DNA of 64,000 nucleotides from Candidatus Kaiserbacteria bacterium (GTDB lineage Bacteria; Patescibacteriota; Minisyncoccia; Phycocordibacterales; UBA918): NCBI GenBank assembly GCA_019634005.1, contig JAHQWD010000002.1, positions 128,747 to 192,746 of the forward strand, read 5' to 3'. Shown piece by piece: positions 61,532 to 64,000 of this stretch (position 1 is its first letter; each line of letters starts with the position of its first letter). The notes under the pieces were generated by a model. It saw only the letters and a program-made list of their open reading frames with translations, ran no database searches and was not told where the DNA came from. The position numbers and the translations under genes were made by a program.

Positions 61532-63718
61532 CTATGATTCTTCCTCCTCGTTATCTTCCACATCCTCATCTGGCTCTGAACTTTGTTCGAGAATCTCTCG
61601 TGGTTTTGATCCATCCGCAGGGCCGATAACACCGCGTTCTTCGAGAATATCCATAAGCCGTGCTGCTCGAGAGTACCCGACACGAAGTTTTCGCTGGAGG
61701 TATGAGGTAGATGCTTTACCTGCCTCAAGGACGGCGACACGTGCGTCATCGTAGAGGTCATCGTCCTCATCATCCCCGAGAGAGCTAGACTCGAAGAAGG
61801 CATCAGGGCTGGTCTTACCGTCTTCGCCAAGACTGATGGAGTCCAATTCATAAGAATCAGTTTGCTTCTTAAGGTGATTCACCACCTTCTTCACCTCGTC
61901 CTCACTTACGAATGCAGACTGCATGCGTTGTGGCTTTGCCAACTCTCCAGAAAGGAAGAGCATATCTCCTGCACCAAGAAGTTTCTCCGCACCCACTTGA
62001 TCAAGAATGGTGCGAGAGTCTACCTGTGACGCCACCTGAAGGGCAACACGGCTTGGTACGTTTGCCTTAATAAGACCAGTAATAACGTTTACGGATGGAC
62101 GTTGTGTCGAGAGGAGGAGATGGATACCCACGGCACGACTCATCTGCGCGAGGCGTACGATTGAAGCTTCAAGTTCTCGTGGGTATGACTGCATGAGGTC
62201 CGCGAGCTCGTCGATGACAATAACAATGTATGGCATTGGCTCGGGGAGTTCCTCCTTCTCATCGTCTGGAGAACCGTTCTTTTCCCACTCTTCTTTCGCA
62301 GGTCCAAATACATTTTCATGGTACGAGCCAATATCACGGACTTTCTCAGCCTGGAGAATATCGTAGCGTCGTTCCATCTCCTTTATAGCCCACTTCAGTG
62401 AAAGGATTGCTTTCTTTGGCTCGGTAATAACAGGGGTGAGAAGGTGAGGAATATCGTTATAAAGGGTAAGTTCCACACGCTTTGGATCCACCATGATAAA
62501 GCGAAGCATCTCTGGAGAGTTACGGAAGAGGAGGGAGGTCACAAACGCATGAATCGTCACCGACTTACCAGAACCAGTAGTACCCGCAATGAGTGCGTGT
62601 GGCATTTTCGCAACGTTTCCAAAGTGAGAGTTCCCAGTAATGTCTCGCCCGAGTGCAACCATGAGTGGCTTTGGAGAGTCTGTGTACTCTGGTGATGCCA
62701 AGAGGGAAGCGAGACCAACTGTTGATTTTGTTGTGTTTGGTACCTCAATACCAACGAGAGACTTTCCAGGAATTGGCGCCTCAATACGAATAGGAGAGGC
62801 AGCGAGTGCGAGTTCGAGGTTGTTTTGTAGCCCCACGATCTTAGAGATACGAACACCTTCTGCAGGCTTCAATGCATAACGGGTCACGGTTGGGCCGATA
62901 GATACCTCATCCATCTCCACATCGATCTTGAAGTTCTTAAGTGTCCGCTTGATGATGTTTGCGTTTGCCTTCACGTCACCAACTTGTGCCTTTCCACTAT
63001 CCTTACGAAGGAGTGAAAGGGGAGGAGGGGTGTATGACCCAGAGAAAACACTTGCGACCATCGGTTCGCCACCAAGCCCCAACTTCTCAGTGAAACTTTT
63101 TTTCTTTGGTTCGGGCTCTTCCGCTTCCTCCTCAACGTCTTCTTCTACTTCTTCTTCATTCTCAATTTCCTCTGGAATCTCGATATCAATGTCCTCGTCT
63201 TCTTCTTCCGCATCCTTCTTTCTAAATGGAAGAGAGAAGTGGAAGCCACGATCAAGGGTAAGGAAGATACCGACAAGCACCAGTGCTCCAAGCATCAAAC
63301 CTGCTGCAAGGTTTCCAAAGAGTTTTGCAAGCGGGAAGAGAATTGCGGTTCCGATGTATCCACCTTGGTCTCCAAACAGTGAGAGAAATCCGAGGATGGA
63401 GACAAAGAGAAATGCGACACCGACTGCTTTTGCAACACTAACCTCCTCGGTATCTTCACGAGGGCGCATGAGTACATATACATAGAGTGCACAAATGAGT
63501 GGAGCGATGAGCGCTCCATAGCCAAAGAGGGCGGTAAGTCCGAGTTTTGTATAGTGGCCAACAACACCCGCTTGCTCAAATGAAGAGAGGACAAAAAAGA
63601 TTCCGAGAACAGCAAAAAAGACGGCACCAATTGCTTGCTTTGTGTGTGATGAGAGGTCATCAAAATAGTCTCTTTTAAGCGCCTCCTTTTTTCTCCCTTT
63701 TGTTTTCTTTCGTGCCAT
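61532..63718 (-). CDS. ftsK: DNA translocase FtsK/SpoIIIE
   Basis: N-terminal 4-TM, acidic linker, motor with GTTGSGKS, C-terminal gamma winged helix YLQRKLRVGYSRAARLMD. Confidence 0.9.
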   Translation of the reverse strand: MARKKTKGRKKEALKRDYFDDLSSHTKQAIGAVFFAVLGIFFVLSSFEQAGVVGHYTKLGLTALFGYGALIAPLICALYVYVLMRPREDTEEVSVAKAVGVAFLFVSILGFLSLFGDQGGYIGTAILFPLAKLFGNLAAGLMLGALVLVGIFLTLDRGFHFSLPFRKKDAEEEDEDIDIEIPEEIENEEEVEEDVEEEAEEPEPKKKSFTEKLGLGGEPMVASVFSGSYTPPPLSLLRKDSGKAQVGDVKANANIIKRTLKNFKIDVEMDEVSIGPTVTRYALKPAEGVRISKIVGLQNNLELALAASPIRIEAPIPGKSLVGIEVPNTTKSTVGLASLLASPEYTDSPKPLMVALGRDITGNSHFGNVAKMPHALIAGTTGSGKSVTIHAFVTSLLFRNSPEMLRFIMVDPKRVELTLYNDIPHLLTPVITEPKKAILSLKWAIKEMERRYDILQAEKVRDIGSYHENVFGPAKEEWEKNGSPDDEKEELPEPMPYIVIVIDELADLMQSYPRELEASIVRLAQMSRAVGIHLLLSTQRPSVNVITGLIKANVPSRVALQVASQVDSRTILDQVGAEKLLGAGDMLFLSGELAKPQRMQSAFVSEDEVKKVVNHLKKQTDSYELDSISLGEDGKTSPDAFFESSSLGDDEDDDLYDDARVAVLEAGKASTSYLQRKLRVGYSRAARLMDILEERGVIGPADGSKPREILEQSSEPDEDVEDNEEEES

Positions 63719-63873
63719 ATATTAGATATCTACCTGTTGCACTATGATACCACGGTACGAATGTGAAAGACTGTGTATAAAGGACAGATTGTCCATTAGG
63801 GAGATGCGGCAAGTGACAGGGGTTTTAGGTGTTGAATAAGAGACAAAAGAAGCGTATAGTGAGCACCACAGAG

Positions 63874-64000
63874 ATGTCCCATATCTCTAAAAGACATATG
63901 GAAGATAAAATAAAGGACATAACGCTCAGTACATCAGAACGTCTCATAGCAGATGAGTATTACTACAAGTACGTATTTAAAAAGACAGAGAAAATAATCT
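63874..64000 (+). CDS. Possible 3'-partial ORF running off the window
   Basis: Open frame from ATG 63874 to the window end. No evident SD. Very weak evidence. Confidence 0.2.
   Translation, partial: MSHISKRHMEDKIKDITLSTSERLIADEYYYKYVFKKTEKII

Noticed and set aside
62928-63485. 185-aa plus-strand ORF antisense to ftsK
   Set aside because: Ser-rich low-complexity product generated by the reverse complement of the acidic Glu-rich FtsK linker.

Overview
This 64 kb window looks like a chromosomal segment from a small-genome bacterium. Inferred from gene content only, it resembles a Candidate Phyla Radiation / Parcubacteria-like organism. The main lines of evidence are compact housekeeping operons, no rplA after rplK, no rplI after rpsF-ssb-rpsR, many tRNA-flanked islands and free-standing homing endonucleases. 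Coding density is high and both strands are used.

Secure housekeeping content:
- ribosomal proteins rpsT, rplS, rplK, rpsF and rpsR
- secE and nusG
- the aminoacyl-tRNA synthetases argS, ileS, glyQS and metG
- recA, ftsK, ssb, efp, ruvX and tatD
- the dTMP pathway genes folA, dcd, thyA and glyA
- a ribonucleotide reductase large subunit, and mscL and mscS
- a zur-znuACB zinc-uptake operon and an ECF sigma factor
- six tRNAs: Arg-GCG, Ser-TGA, Arg-TCT, Val-TAC, Leu-GAG and His-GTG

Accessory content:
- two paralogous giant cell-surface proteins built from tandem Ig-like two-Cys repeats, flanking an RTX-type calcium-repeat protein and an S41-like peptidase
- a HigB/HigA-like toxin-antitoxin pair
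- free-standing HNH and LAGLIDADG homing endonucleases next to tRNA genes
- a thioredoxin-like / CcdA / ResA-like extracytoplasmic thiol cluster divergent from zur

Four things look most novel:
1. an isoleucyl-tRNA synthetase carrying an in-frame histidine-phosphatase (PGAM-like RHG) domain insertion of about 220 aa
2. a tandem trio of 27-37 aa single-TM micro-ORFs, each with its own strong AGGAGG Shine-Dalgarno, lying between two terminators
3. a near-perfect 16-5-16 inverted repeat at the zur / thioredoxin-like divergent promoter
4. a two-gene island (degenerate Nudix-like plus nucleoside deoxyribosyltransferase-like), bracketed by terminators, inserted where rplA normally follows rplK

No CRISPR array, rRNA or obvious transposase was seen.
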